A program made the position numbers and the translations under genes. The notes under the pieces were generated by a model. That model did no database searches. It had not been told where the DNA came from and was given only the letters and a program-made list of their open reading frames with translations. A DNA stretch of 63,289 nt, the filler included, from Hyphochytrium catenoides (lineage: Eukaryota > Protista > Hyphochytriomycota), in the NCBI GenBank assembly GCA_900088475.1. It is 11 parts of 11 records of this genome, joined end to end, with 100 filler letters (N's around TTAATTAATTAA, not from the genome) between each part and the next. Parts side by side here need not be neighbours in the genome. Positions count along the whole stretch, not along the records: positions 1 to 12,545 come from FLMG01001279.1; positions 12,646 to 23,895 come from FLMG01004677.1; 9 more parts are not named here. One strand, 5' to 3'. Below, one piece after another: positions 1 through 13,743 of the stretch (the first letter of the stretch is position 1; the number at the start of each line of letters is the position of its first letter).

Positions 1-1
1 A

Positions 2-646
2 GAGAGAGAGAGAGAGAGAGAAGCTTCAGAAAGAGCTAAAACAGAGACACTTAGGTTGAGGAGCAGCAATACCTCCATCCGGCTGATGACAAACGCAATA
101 GATCTCTGGCTGTTCCCCTGCCATCGTCTGCAGCGTTCTTCAACTTCTAATCTGAAGCTCTTAGTAGCCCAAGACGTATGGGCCTGCCTCCCCGCAGCTA
201 TCTCCACATTATCTATCTGGCTCAATGCCTTGAATCTGCGTGGAGACTTGACAAGAGCTCCATACGCAGAGATCTTCACTTCTGCCACATCGCCGACGGG
301 GAGGAAGAAGTTGCAGTGTGGCGTCTCCTACTTCATCTTTGGTCTGTTCTCTCCTGCCCCTATGTTCAGATTATACAGGCAGATCTACAGTGGGGAGAGT
401 ACGACAGAGACGGGGGAGGAGAAAAACAAGGAGAGAGAGAGAGTTGTGAGAGAGAGAGAGAGCCAAAGAGAGAGAGGGAGAGAGAGAGAGAAAGAGAAAG
501 AGAAAGAGAAAAAGAGAGAGGGAAAGGGAAAGGGACAGAAAGAAAGGAATAAAGAGAGAGAGAGAGAGAGAGAGGCAGGAGCGAGAGAGAGAACAAGCAC
601 CGGATGCACGATCCTGCCGCCCGCCACAGAGACAGAGTCTCTTTAG
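2..646 (+). CDS. 3' terminal exon of an unknown protein (5' truncated by window edge), with ER-rich insert
   Basis: Frame open from position 2 (ERERE-ASERAKTETLRLRSSN...WLNALNLRGDLTRAPYAEIF...FRLYRQIYS) to TAG at 644-646; complex non-repetitive stretch 20-400; no recognisable motif. Confidence 0.4.
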   Translation, partial: EREREREASERAKTETLRLRSSNTSIRLMTNAIDLWLFPCHRLQRSSTSNLKLLVAQDVWACLPAAISTLSIWLNALNLRGDLTRAPYAEIFTSATSPTGRKKLQCGVSYFIFGLFSPAPMFRLYRQIYSGESTTETGEEKNKERERVVRERESQRERGREREKEKEKEKKREGKGKGQKERNKEREREREAGARERTSTGCTILPPATETESL

Positions 647-1327
647 CGCGGCTTTGAGGACGGCTTAGCCCGCCCACGAGATAAGTTCCCTGTGTCACAA
701 GTAGAAGCGCGCTGGCACTCTTCTTCTCTCCCTTCTTACTGGGTCACAAAAATCTCAGTGTCGTTCATGATAACTAAATACGGATTTCCGTAAGGGGTGA
801 TTCCTGCTATGGGCTATGGGAGGCTATATTCTGAATAATAAAGGCCTTTATACCCCTCTGTTGCCTCTGACGTGTGGGAGAACCAGAGTTGAGTTTCGGA
901 TGACAGAGATTAAAATTCAAAATAAGGGGTTTTGTAGGAGTAGAATCTTTACAAATCCAAATCTGATTATCAAAGCCCATGGATCCTTATTGGCCGTTAG
1001 CCCCTCTAATTCAATCGTTACCGGCTATAATGGTGGTTTTTTTATGAGCTTTTACTGATGAAGATTCTGATTTTTGAAGATTCTGTCATTGGGTTGTCAA
1101 AGAGTTTTGCTGGTGATTTCAAGCTCTTTCTAAGGAGACGTGCCAGGCTTTAAGAAAGCGCCACTGTCCTTTCAATAAATTAGTCTTTTTAACTTTCTGT
1201 CGTTAGAAGAGGTGAGCGTTCTACATTACAAAGGCATTATTCAAGAGACTGAGCTCTAGGTCTTGTTGAGCTGCATGACCTTCGTAGGATAAGCTCAGGA
1301 AGAAAACAGTTGGAAGACTGTCAGAGG

Positions 1328-2483
1328 ATGCCAGCCAAACGAAAGACCTCGCAAACCAAGACCAGCGCGGCCAAAGTTAACAGTGATACGAAGGCCACAT
1401 CTTCTTCCTTGTGGGATAGCGAGGATCTTCAAAGATGGGAAAAGGCTGACCGAAAGTATGCGGACGCGCTTGTCGCCAGGTCAAAAGGAAAGGTACGCTC
1501 CTCGCGCTTGTGGTCGAGCACTATCATGTCTTCTCTCTCCCCTTTCTTGCTCTATCTCTTCTCTCTCTTTCTCTCTTCTCTCTCTCTCTCTTTTCTCTCT
1601 CTCGCTCCCTCTTTCTTTTTCATTCTCTCTCTCTCTCTCCCCCCTTTTGCTCTCGCCTTCTCTGTTCCCTCGCCCTCTCTCTTTTCTCTCTCCCTCTCTC
1701 TCCCTTCTCTCTTGTCTGCGCTTCTGAACTCTCCGTTGCCACGAAAGACAGCGTTGCGGGACGACGATACGTACTTAAGAGAGACTCTAAGGCCCTTGGT
1801 GAGGTCTAAGAGAGGAGAGAAGCCATACATTACAAGGGAAGAGCTCTCCAGAGTGATGAAGTGGAAGCTGGCCCGGGAAGAATGGTGCCTTGCCCCTCTC
1901 TTTCTTACTCCATCAATTCTTTCTTTCCTTCTCTGATTGGCAGTCACTTACTTTCGTTCTCTCTTTCTCTCTCTCTCTCTCTCTTTCTCTTTCTGTCTCG
2001 CTCACTGTCCGTCTCTCCCGCTTTCTGTCTTTCTCTCTCTCCCTTTCTCTTTCTCTTTCTGTCTCTCTCCCTCAGTCTCTCTCTCTCCAGCTCTCCTGTT
2101 CCTCACGTCACTCTCTTCTTCGGCCCGTCTCTATCTTCTTTGTTCTCTTTATCATGGTTGGATAATCTAGCCTTGGACTTTCTCTCTTACCTCCATCTCT
2201 CTCTCTTACCCCCATCTTTCTCTTACCCCCATATCTCTTTCTCTCTCTCTTTCTTTCTCTCTCTCTCTTTCTCTCTCTCTCTCTCCCTCCAGGCGGCCCC
2301 GCCTTCAGGGCTTTGTAGACAATTTGAGCCCTGAGTTAGTCCAGAAAGCGACAGCGGAAGCCTTCAAAGCTCTGAAAGAAGAGAAGAACCTAAAGAAAGC
2401 TCTCTCTATCGCCACCAAGAAGGAAATGAAAGGGGTGNNNNNNNNNNNNNNNNNNNNNNNNNNNNNNNNNNNNNNNNNNNNNN

Positions 2484-2525
<42 letters not shown>

Positions 2526-3463
2526 CTCCCTCTTACTCTTGCTAGATTTCTCTCCCCTCTCTTTCCCCCCCGCTCTCTCTCTCGACGGTCTGTCTCTGGG
2601 TTTGTGTCCCTCACCCAACCCGTGTCTCGTCCTATGTGTCTTTGTCTCTCTCTCTTTCTCTCTTTCTCTTTCTCTCTCTCTCTCTCTCTCTCGTCCTCTC
2701 TCAGGTTGGGCCCGCGACGGCTTCTGCCATTTTTTGTTTATTGGACGACGATTTCCCGTTCTTTAGTAAGGCGGCCTATACCCTTGCCTTCGGTAGGAAA
2801 GAACAACATCGCACTCTGGGCACTTTTTCTCTTTCCTTTCCTCTCTTTCTCTCTCTCTCTTTTCAACTCTCTCCCTTTGTTCCAGCCATACTTGTATTTC
2901 TATGTTTCTGCGCCCTACTTATTCTCTTTCTTTCCTTGCATTTATAAACTGTTCCCTCTCTCTTTCTCTCTCTTCCTCTCTCTCTCTGTGTCTCTCTTTC
3001 TGTCCTTTCCTCTCTCTCTCTCTCTTTCTTTCCTTATCTCTCTCTCTCTCTTTCTTTCTCGTGTCTCTTTGATCACATTAACCCACTTTTAGGGATTGCG
3101 AAACTACTAAGCACTCTTTCTCTCTGTCTCTGTGTGTCTCTCTCTCTCTCTTCTTTGGGAAAAAAAGGAGAGAAGCCCCAATACACCATCCCGGAAATCT
3201 TGGATTACACAGTCAAACTTCAGGCTAAAGCGAAGGAACTGCAAGAGAAAGAGAGAGAGAGAGACCAAGAGAGAGAAGAGGAAAGGGTTACTTGTCCTTG
3301 GACGGCAGACCGGGTGGAGCGCTGTCTTTATTCCTCTTTTCACCTGAAAGAGGAACAGGAAGAAGAAGAGGATCAAGAGAGAGAGAGAGAAGACAAAAGC
3401 ACTCTGGAAGAGAAAGAAGAGGCGACAGGAAAGAGTCAAAAGCGGGCGCGGAGACAGCGATAG
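1328..3463 (+). CDS. Conserved uncharacterised helix-hairpin-helix-like protein (At3g12210-like family), 5 exons
   Basis: Exons 1328-1492, 1748-1884, 2293-2434, 2705-2792, 3168-3463 splice in frame with GT-AG introns. Product has YITREELSRVMKWKLAREEWRPRL...KGVGPATASAIF...PFFS...WTADRVERCLY, matching the family pattern WKLxRGxxRP / LKGVGPATASA / WTxxxVERALW. Confidence 0.8.
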
Positions 3464-3586
3464 CTTACCTTTCTCTGGGAAAGAGAGAAAAGCCTCCGAG
3501 AGACAGAGTGAGAAAGAGAAGGGAAAGAATGAGCTAGAAAATGAGGATATGGGAGCCTCATAGGGAGAGAGAGAGAGAGAGAGCAG

Positions 3587-3625
<39 letters not shown>

Positions 3626-4352
3626 AGAGAGAGAGAGAGAGCTATCAGGTTTTGGCGCATCATACTGATGAAGAATACAGCACTCCTTTTGCACTAAAGG
3701 AGAGTGTTCTGTTTGTATGTGAGAGAGAGAGAGAGAGAGAGAGTAAGAGAACTATGCAAAAAGGCTCAACCCGGGAAAAAAACTCCTTCGCCATAGCTTT
3801 CTTTGTTGACTATTTCAAAAGAGACCTGGGGACAGACTTTTACAAAGAGACCGAGAGAGAGAGAGAGAGAAAGAGAAGAGAGTATTCCTCGCCCTCTTCC
3901 CATGTAGTAAGAGGAGAGGGTATCCGTTCACCCCCAGCCCATTAGCTACTGAGCGAGAGAGAGAAAGAAAGCGAGAGAGACAAAGAAGAAGAGAGAGAGA
4001 GAGAGTTCATCCCTCCATGTTGAGTCTTGATGGAGAAACGGAGAGGAAGAGAAAGGTATGCGCATTCCATTTCTGTGGAGAGAGTTTATTGATGACAAAA
4101 ACCGGTAAGGAAAGACAAAAGGAGAGAGAACCAATAACAGAGAGAGACACCGGGCGGAGAAAGAAAGAAAGAGAGAGAGAGAGTACACAAGCGAAAGCGA
4201 AGAGATCATTACACCGTGAGACACGGAGAAAGCGAGAAAGGGGTCGGAAAGAGGAGAGAAGAGAGAGGAACGTGGTGAATGGAGGAGGGAGAGAGAGTAT
4301 AATGGAGAGAGAGAAAGGAGAGAGAGAGAGAGAGAGAGGTCTATTTATATCT

Positions 4353-5332
4353 TTAGGTATGGACAGAGGAGCTGGTGGTGACCTTAGGCGGTCGATAACA
4401 TTCTGGGAGAAACTTCCACTGGATCGCGTTGAACGCATATTTGCTCTGCCCTGTGTTCACCTGCACATTCTCTCTTCTCACTCCTGAAGCTCGCATCGTC
4501 TCACACAGATGAACAGCCTCTCTCTCCTGGAGCAAACCAGTACTCTCTTTCTCTCTCTCTTTCTCTCTCTCTCTCAAGATGCCTTCTCTTAAAAGTAATC
4601 TGCATTGCTCAAAAGTGACAGACATCGCGGTACGATCCTTTCCTGACTTGCAGCAGGTCGTTCTCCCTCCTCCAATCTGTCTCGTGAAGTCAGAAGACTT
4701 GAGAAGAATGCTAATGTTTTTCTTCTTGGGCTTTGCTCTTTCTCTCTCTCTCTCTTTCTCCCTCTCTCCATCTTTGTTTCCGTCTCTTCCTCCTCCTCCC
4801 CAGCTCTCTTTCCCATGTTGCAGCTCTTCTCTTAGCTCTGAGAGAAGATGACGAAGAACTTGAACTTGTTCGGGAGAGTGAGAGATCTGAAGATGAGAGA
4901 GAGAGAGAGAGAGAGAGATTTTGAATGAGACAACGAGGGAGAGAGACGTCACAAGAGGGAAGAGGGCCCGCGAGAAGAGGGAGAGTGCGGAGAGTCGCCC
5001 GCATTATACACAAAACGAGAGAGAGAGACTAAGAGAGACACGAGAGAGAGAGAGAGGGGCGATGGAGAGCGAGAGAGAGAGATGGGGACGATGAAGAGTT
5101 TGCATGCTAGGGGAAAGAGACAGATAAACGCGAGAGAAAGACTAGGAGAGAGAGAGAGAGAGAAGACGCACCTGGGTGTCCCGATTTTGTTGATGCTTGG
5201 CCCAACGCTCAAAATATTTCTCAAGGCGGTCTAGACTCTCAGAGTTGATGACTGCCTGGAAGTCAGCCTTTGAAGAAACCTAGAGAGCCACGCGAGAAAG
5301 AGAGAGAGAGAAAGAAAGAAAGAAAGAGAGAG

Positions 5333-5383
<51 letters not shown>

Positions 5384-6059
5384 AAAAAGAGAGGAGAGAG
5401 GTGGCAAAACAGTGGTGAAACAGAGAAGAAGAAGAATTGGCTATCTAATTCAAGAGGAGCACTGACGTTGACCTTGTATCCTGCTCCCAAGATCTTCTCT
5501 TTCTCGGGCGCTCTCTTCTCTCGCTTCCTCTCTCTCTCTTTCCATTGTCCCGCTAAATAACCTTCATTCTCTGTGAATTCCTCTTCCGCTCTTAAGTTCC
5601 TAAACTTTCACTCTTGTCGCTATCTCTCCGCCTGCTCCTCTCGCTTTTTGTTTCTCTCTCTCTCTCTCTCTTTCTCTGTTTCCTCTCTTTTCTCTTTCTG
5701 CTGCCTCGTACCGTGTTAGCGACTGACTGCTGTTCATTGATTCCTTGAGTGAAGAGAACAGCAGTGATCTCTATGGGTTTTCCTTCTTTGATTGAGGAAG
5801 GCAGGAGAGAGAAGAGAGAAGGCGGAACGGAGAGAGAGCACAGTACTCTCTCTCCTTCTTCTTCCCGAATCTCGGTACAGAGAGAGTGATGCAGGAACGA
5901 GGTAGCCTGGGCAAGAGAGAGAGAAATGAGAAGGGAGAGAGAGTTTAGGGACAGAGAAAGTAGAACGATGTGAAACGCTTAAAACGAACAGAGAGAGGAA
6001 GGAAACAGAGGAATAGCTAGATAAGAACGTATATATAAGAGAGAGAGAGAGAGACAGAG

Positions 6060-6100
<41 letters not shown>

Positions 6101-6540
6101 TGCCCTCAGGGGTACGTCGGAGAAAACGAAAGAAGACATCGTATCCAATTCCCAAGCGCGTAACACAGCGCTCTAGGTCAAAAGGGCAGCAGAAAAGAGA
6201 AAAAGAGAAAAGAGGAAAAGAGAGAGAGACAGACGGAGAAAAAAGAGAGAGAGAGAAAAGAATTGCGACCTGAATAACTCTGATTCTGACTGTATTGAGC
6301 CAGTTCACTCCCTCAACCATATCTTCTAACATTGTCATCTCCTTGCCCTAAGCAGAAGAAGGAAGCAAAGAGGAGAGAGAGAGTGAGAGAGAGAAGAAGA
6401 GAAACAGCGAGAGAGAGGGAAATCATCCTCCGTAAGAAAGAGAGAAACCGAGAAACGCGACATGGGTCTCATGCAGAAAGTGAGCGTATGGAGAAGGAAA
6501 AGTATACGACAAAAGACAAGCAGAGAGAATCGAAAAAGAC

Positions 6541-6613
<73 letters not shown>

Positions 6614-6905
6614 ATTTAAAGGAGAGAGAAGGAGAGAGGCTCGACATAAAAGAGAGAACGGACAGAACAACGCCAGCGGTTTGTTCCACTAGACGCTTTT
6701 CTCCACCCTAACAGCCCTCTCTTTATCCTCTCTCTCTCTCTTTCAAGCAATCTCTTCTCATTCTCTCTCTCCTCTCTCTCCATTATACACTTTGATGCTA
6801 CCATCAAAGATGGATCAGAAAGAAGAGAAAGAAAGACCAACCACCTTTCACAGTCTGGTTGAGTAGCCACCTTTTTCTCCTTCTCTCTCTTTCTCTCTCT
6901 ATGTT

Positions 6906-6963
<58 letters not shown>

Positions 6964-7491
6964 TTCTCTCTGTCTTCTTACCATGGTGCTTAGGGCGCTT
7001 TCAATATCCAAGAGAAAGCCCACGTTAGCAGCTGTCTCTAGAGCTCGTCTCTCTTCTCTATATTTAGAAGAGAGAAGAAGGAGAGAGAGGAAAGAAGAGA
7101 GAGCAATAGAGAGAATCTGACAGTTGACCACATCCGACCGCCGATCTATCTCGAACTGAAGATCCTCCTGCGATGGAGAAGAGAGAAAGAGTAGACGGAG
7201 CGTCGGAAAGAGAGAGAGAAAGGGAAAGAGCAGAGAGGAGAGAGGGAGAGAGAGAGAGACTGAGCAGGACAGCTAGTCATGTGGGAAGACGAAGAAATTA
7301 GGAGAGAAACAGACTCAAAGAAATAAGGAGAGAGACAGACTCAAAGGGGAAGGACTATCCAAAAAGTAGCATATCGAACATGATTCACAACCAGAAGAGA
7401 GAGAGAGAACACTCAGGAAAAGGCAGACGATTTTAGAAGAGAGACATAGAGAGGGAGGCATAAAGAGTAAGCGACACAAAAAACGGGAGAC

Positions 7492-7526
<35 letters not shown>

Positions 7527-7661
7527 TACCAGTTCCTCGTTCCATCCTGGCAGCGCTGTGTCTTTCTGTTTGTCTGTCAGCGCTGAGCGGTCCTTCTGCA
7601 GTTTTCTCAGGCCACGCTTCGAATAGCCGTACGAATGCGCTGCTGCACAACTTTGTTATAG

Positions 7662-7692
<31 letters not shown>

Positions 7693-7862
7693 AGAGAGGA
7701 GAGAGAGAGAGAGGAACGAGTACGGGGAGAGAGAGAAAGAAAGCGAGAGAGGAGGCGACAGGGTACCGGCAAACATTTTAGGAGGGAAGGTAAGGAGATC
7801 GGGTGCCCACGGCTTCTAAGGTACGTTGCTTCTATTTCTTCACATAACTTTCCTCGCGGACT

Positions 7863-7898
<36 letters not shown>

Positions 7899-8379
7899 NN
7901 NNNNNNNNNNNNNNNNNNNNNNNNNNNNNNCCGCCCTCCTGTAAGAAGCAGAAGTGCTATTCACCATGCCTCGTTCAAGCCCCAAGCTTTCTCTCTCTTT
8001 TCTCTCTTGTGACACACTCTCTCTCTAGCTTTTCTCTTTTGTCACACACACTCTCTCTCTTTTTTCTCTTTGTGACACTCTCTCTCTTTCTCTCTCTTTC
8101 TCTCTCTCTTACCCATGCGTGACTGTGACGAGTTCCCTGTAAGGCTTGGCATGGTCGATGGGGCTGAAGAGCTGCAGGAGCTGCCAGTTGAGGTTGATGG
8201 GGAGAAAGCGAGTCATCTTCTCTTTCTTCTGGACGCTCGGCTTTAGATAATGATGAAGATCCTAGTGAGAGAGAGAGAGAGAGAGAGAGAGAGTGTGTGT
8301 GAGGGAGAGTATAGAGGACACAGAGAGAGAGAGAGTGTGTGTGAGGGAGAGAGACACCTCTCCCTCTCTCCTTGCACGT

Positions 8380-8410
<31 letters not shown>

Positions 8411-8952
8411 TGCAGGTATCTCTTTTTCTCTGCAGGGGTGTCTCTCTCTCTCTTTCTTTCGCTAATGCGACTTGTTGCACGATAACTAGGAATCCGTCTC
8501 AGCGCCTTTAACGTTAATGTCTCTCTTCTCTCTTTCTGCTTCTCTCGCTTTCACTTCTCTCCCTTTCAGTTCTCTCTCCTCATGTTCCCTATCGTACCTC
8601 TGAAGAGTTTTCTATCTCTTTCTGCATCTCTCTATATTTCTATGGATACACGATTGAGAAGAGAGAGAAAGAGTCAGAGGAGGAAAGAAAGAGAAACACA
8701 GGAGAGAATTGCGACACAGAGAGAGAGAGAGAGCAGAGACTAGAGAGAGAGAGAGAGAGAGAGAGAATAGAGAGACCAAAGAATGAGAAAGAGAACAGAG
8801 CAATACAAAAGAAGAGGTTAACAACGAGAGTGAGAGAAAAGGAGGGAAAAGGTAGAGTCTGCCTCCTTTCTCTTGTCTCTCTCTCTTCTTTTTCTCTCTT
8901 TCTCTCTCTCTTTTCTTTCACACCTCCTTGCATAGAAGAGAGAATGGGGGAT

Positions 8953-8990
<38 letters not shown>

Positions 8991-9369
8991 AGACGGCAGC
9001 TACAGCAAGAGAGAGAAGAGAGAGGGAGAAGCTATACTCCGTCTCCTTTACACTTCTCTCTTTCTCTCTCTCTTCTTGGCTCTCTCTCTCTTAACTTTCT
9101 CTCCCTGACCTTCTCGCATTGATCATATTCCTCTAAAAGCTTAGAATAGCGGTCAATCTTGGACTTGCAGGACGCCATTCCATGGAAAAGGAGAGACTTT
9201 CTCCCTCTCTCTTCTCCTCTCTTTCCTCTCTCTTCGTGTCTCTCCTCCAACATTCTCTTCCGGAGTCTCTCCTCTTCCTCTCTCAAGGAAGAGAGAAGAG
9301 AGTGGTACCGTCTCTTCACCATGGAGAGGAAAGAGAGAGCGACAGAGGGNNNNNNNNNNNNNNNNNNNN

Positions 9370-9414
<45 letters not shown>

Positions 9415-9539
9415 GGAGCATGGAGAGAACGGATGCATGCATTAAAGGAAGGAGAAGATGAGGTGTAACTGGAGGCTGGAGGACGGCTGGGTGTTGACTT
9501 GTTACACGAGACAGAGAGGGCAAGAGATAGAAAGAGAGA

Positions 9540-9589
<50 letters not shown>

Positions 9590-10417
9590 CATGGAAGGGA
9601 ACGCTGACAAGAGATAGGAAATGGGGAGAGCGAGAGAAGAAAAGTAAGAAAGAAGAGAAGAGACAAAGAGGAAATAAAGCAAGCGATTGAGAGAAATAGA
9701 GAAATCGAGAGAGAAGGAAAGGAGGATTACATACGGAGAGAGCGATTAAAAAGGGAGAAAGTGAGAGGGAGAGAGAGAGAGAAAAAAGAGAAAGAGAGAG
9801 AGAGAGAAAGGGAAAAGGCCATCGTACCTGAACTCTTACCCTATTGCTTGTGATAGGAGAGACATCAATTTCAGCGAGAGAGAGAGCTTGAGGGGAGGGA
9901 GGGGGAGAGAGAGGAGGAAGAGGAAGGCCAAGAGAACGACGGATCGAGCTTCTCCGCGCAGGAGCGGTGCGTTTCTCTCTTCTCTCTCCCACACAATAGT
10001 TCTATCGCAAAGCGAAGTGAGGGAGAGAAGCAAGGGGAGGCAGACAGAAAAGGGGGAGAGAGAGAAGAAAAGCGAAAGAAGGAGAAGATAAGTTGAAAAA
10101 GAGAGAGAGAGAGTTTGGGATTGTAAAGAGAGAGAGAGAGACATAATAGCGAACATGTTAGCGTTTGGACACAAGAGACGTTCCAAGTTCCGGAGAAGAG
10201 AGAAAACTAGGGAACAGATGACTTCTGATACGAGGGAGAGAGAGAGAAAGAGAGAAAGAGAGAGAGGGGGAGAGAGAGAGGCGAGAAGCAAGCTGGCTAG
10301 CATGGAATAAGTGAAGAGACTGAAAGGGTCTAATTGTTGCTTGCGCGAGAATAATTGCGTAAGTGTCCAAAGAGAGAGACACAAAGAAGAGAGAGAGAGA
10401 GATGGGAGATGGGCAGA

Positions 10418-10474
<57 letters not shown>

Positions 10475-10666
10475 TGGATGGATAGGGGAAATGAGAGAGA
10501 GACCTGTGAGGCGTATATTTTGACTTCCGGGCATGGGGGAGAGGCTGGGACTCTGAATCTCTCTATTAAAAGCTCCATCTCGTGGCCGCCCATCTTTCCC
10601 TCAAAGGGAACCAGAACCAGGCGCAACGCAGAGGAAGATGTATGGCGATAGAGCAACTCTGGAGCA

Positions 10667-10708
<42 letters not shown>

Positions 10709-10963
10709 TGAAATGGATAGAAATGGAGAGTAAGTGGGTTCAGACAGATGAAGGAACGAGACAACATCCCGGAGACACTGTAATTGCCGATACCCACAAC
10801 TGCGAGAGAAGAGGCCTCGGGCGGCAGAATATTGAGAGAGACAAAGAAGAGAGAGAGAGAGCAAGTGAAAGAGAGAGCGAGAAAGAGAGAGAGAAGTTAC
10901 CAGCTCAAGAAATGAGGTATCGCCCTGATAAAAGAGAATTACCAAAAAGGTAGAAGAGCAAGG

Positions 10964-11015
<52 letters not shown>

Positions 11016-11823
11016 GCGCATATATATATANNNNNNNNNNNNNNNNNNNNNNNNNNNNNNNNNNNNNNNNNNNNNNNNNNNNNNNNNNNNNNNNNNNNNN
11101 NNNNNNNNNNNNNNNNNNNNNNAAAAGGGAGAAAGGAGTAATGAGGGTGAAAGTGAATTGACAGATAGGAAGCCGGAGAGAGAGAGAGAGAGAGAGACAG
11201 GGAGAGAGGCAAGGAAAGGAGGGAGAACATAGCAAACAAAGAACAAAAAGAGAGAGGCAGGGAGAGAGAGAGAGAGGTAGGGAGGAAGTGAAAGCGAGAG
11301 TAGGGGAGAAAGACAAAGAGAGAAGAGAGAGAAGACGGAAATAGGAGAGACACACGGACTCGAAATAGAGATCGGCAGGTAACAAGCACTTGCAGGAAGA
11401 AGTAGAGAAGAGAGAGGAGAGAAAAAGAAATAGAGATTTTGGGGAAAGAGAGCGGATGTTCTTTCCTTATTTCAGCTCCTTGGTGCCTTATTGCCTCTCT
11501 TTGTCTCTCCGTGACAAGTGGTCTCTCTCTCCCTCTCTCTCCCTCAGTCATAGGATGAACAGCGATAATAAGGGCCTGGCGGTCCAATCTTTGAGAGAGA
11601 GAGCGATCCATTACCAGCTCTATCTTTAGATAATCTGTCGTCTGCACAGAGAGAGAGAGAGAGAGAGAGTGAGAGAGAGAGAGAAGAGAGAAAGAGACAA
11701 TCCGGTCGAAGGAAAAGAAAAGAGGGAGAAAGAGAAAGAGACATACAGAGGCAGAGAGTAGAAGAGTGAGAGAGAGAAAGGGTTAGGGGATTCGCATGGT
11801 GAGATAGGAGAGTGTGTTCCCGT

Positions 11824-11874
<51 letters not shown>

Positions 11875-12359
11875 GGGGGATCAAAAGAGAGAGCGAAACG
11901 GTTATATATATAGAGAGAGAAAGAGGACGACAGAGAGAGAGAGAGAATGAGACAAATAGCGAGAAAGAAAAGGGCGGTGTGACGAACATAGAGGAGAAGA
12001 TGAAAGAAATGCGACAGAGGAGAAGAGTTATTAAGAAAAGCCAAAAGGCTAGCTCTCAGAGAGACAGAGAAAGAGAGAGCGAGAGAGAAACACAACGAGA
12101 GAGAGAGAGAGAGAGGAAAGCAGAGGGTATCGAACAGCAAAAGAGAGCACCAACAGGAAGGAATCAGTAAGAGAGGAAAGAGTAAGAAAAACAGATTGAG
12201 AAAGGGAGGGGGAAGACAAAGAGGGAAGGAAGACAGAGAGAGGGAGGCGAGAGANNNNNNNNNNNNNNNNNNNNNNNNNNNNNNNNNNNNNNNNNNNNNN
12301 NNNNNNNNNNNNNNNNNNTCTTGAGGGCACAAGGGGAGAACTTACGTCTGACTCGTCTC
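4353..12359 (-). CDS. INPP4: Inositol polyphosphate 4-phosphatase (INPP4A/B-like), multi-exon, 5' end missing
   Basis: Last exon has catalytic CKSGKDRTAMSVT and MRASGVRRENVQVNTGQSKYAFN...LPECYRPP. Upstream exons give VLFTQGINEQQSVANT|VSSKADFQAVINSESL, GFLLDIESALSTM|GKEMTMLEDM, KPSVQKKEKMTRFLPINLN and VTHG|CAAAH. Exons above about 9300 are less certain. Confidence 0.9.
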
Positions 12360-12545
12360 CTAGTTCACAGAAGAGGAGAAAGAGAGAGAGAGAGAGTAAC
12401 GTCAGAGAGCTAACGAGAGAGACCCGAGAAAGAGAGAGCAAGTCGAGAGGAGAGGGAGGGAGAGCACGAGGAATGGATGCGAGAAAGAGAACAAATACAA
12501 AGAGAAAAAAAGAAAGAGGGGAAGAGAGAGAGAGAGAGAGAGAGA

Positions 12546-12645
12546 NNNNNNNNNNNNNNNNNNNNNNNNNNNNNNNNNNNNNNNNNNNNTTAATTAATTA
12601 ANNNNNNNNNNNNNNNNNNNNNNNNNNNNNNNNNNNNNNNNNNNN
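12546..12645. other. Artificial scaffold-joining spacer (44 N + TTAATTAATTAA + 44 N); same spacer at 23896-23995, 27979-28078, 30084-30183, 32625-32724, 39155-39254, 40869-40968, 48225-48324, 55262-55361, 61200-61299
   Basis: Identical 100-bp structure ten times; the 12-mer gives stops in all six frames; genes are truncated at these points. Confidence 0.97.
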
Positions 12646-13203
12646 AGAGAGAGAGAGAGAGAGAGAGAAAAGAAGGAGAGAGAGGAGGAGGAGGAGGAAG
12701 TCAAAAAAGAAAGAAAATGCGAGGGAGGAAAAGAGAACCAAATAGTCCAGATTTTCAAGGAGAAGAGAGAGAGAGAGAGAGAGAGAGAAAGATTTTTGCA
12801 AGAAAAGAGAGAGAAGAGAGAGAGAACAAAGGAACAGAGAGACAGAATGAGAGAGAAAGTGAGAGAGAGACACAGACAGAGGGAGAGAGAGGTGCATGCT
12901 ACGTAAAGGCAAGAACTCCAGAGAGAGCGAGAGAGGGAGATAAAGAGGAGTGGAGAGAGAAGGAGAGACCGGAGAAGAGAGAAGCATAAAATAAAGACAT
13001 ATGAGAGAAAGAGCAGAACAAGAGAGAGAGACACACACACAGAGAGAAAGAGACACAGGAAGGGAGAAGAAAGAATTAAAGAGAGACTGAGAGATGGACC
13101 GAGAAAGAGGGAGAGAGAGACAGAGAAGGAGAAAGAAAGAGAGAGAGAGAGAGAGAGAGAATTGTCAACCGCATTGTCATGTCTCAGTCTTTCTCTCTGT
13201 TAG

Positions 13204-13338
13204 GAGACACGCCTCTGCACGCCTGTGAGGATGTGGAGTGCGCCAAACTTCTCGTCCAGGCGGGAGCAGACATTCACGCAGCGAATAATAGCGGATTAAC
13301 GGTAAGGTGACTCTCTCTCTCTTTCTTTGCTCTCTCTT

Positions 13339-13372
<34 letters not shown>

Positions 13373-13545
13373 TGTGTTTCTCTGTGTCTCGCTCTGTGTC
13401 TCTCTTCTCTCTGTCTCCCTTCAGATCTCTTTCTTACAAGTTTACACATCTGATCTCAACTTACTCTGTCCCCTCTCTCTCTCTTCTCTCCCTTCTCTCT
13501 AATATCTCTCCTCTCTCTCGCTCTCCCTCTCTCTGTCTGTGCCTC

Positions 13546-13581
<36 letters not shown>

Positions 13582-13712
13582 TTCTTTCTCTCTCTTTCTC
13601 TCTTCTTCTGTCTTCAAATTTGACAGCCGATCACTGTGTGCCAAAAAGACGACAGGACAGAGATGGTTGACTACTTGGCAGGTAGGAGTCAACATTGATG
13701 AACACAAAAAGA

Positions 13713-13743
<31 letters not shown>

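Noticed and set aside
178-552. ORF with LQWGE resembling a METTL21-type methyltransferase
   Set aside because: No SAM-binding motif I; an upstream in-frame stop is present; the overlapping frame 2-646 is the better candidate
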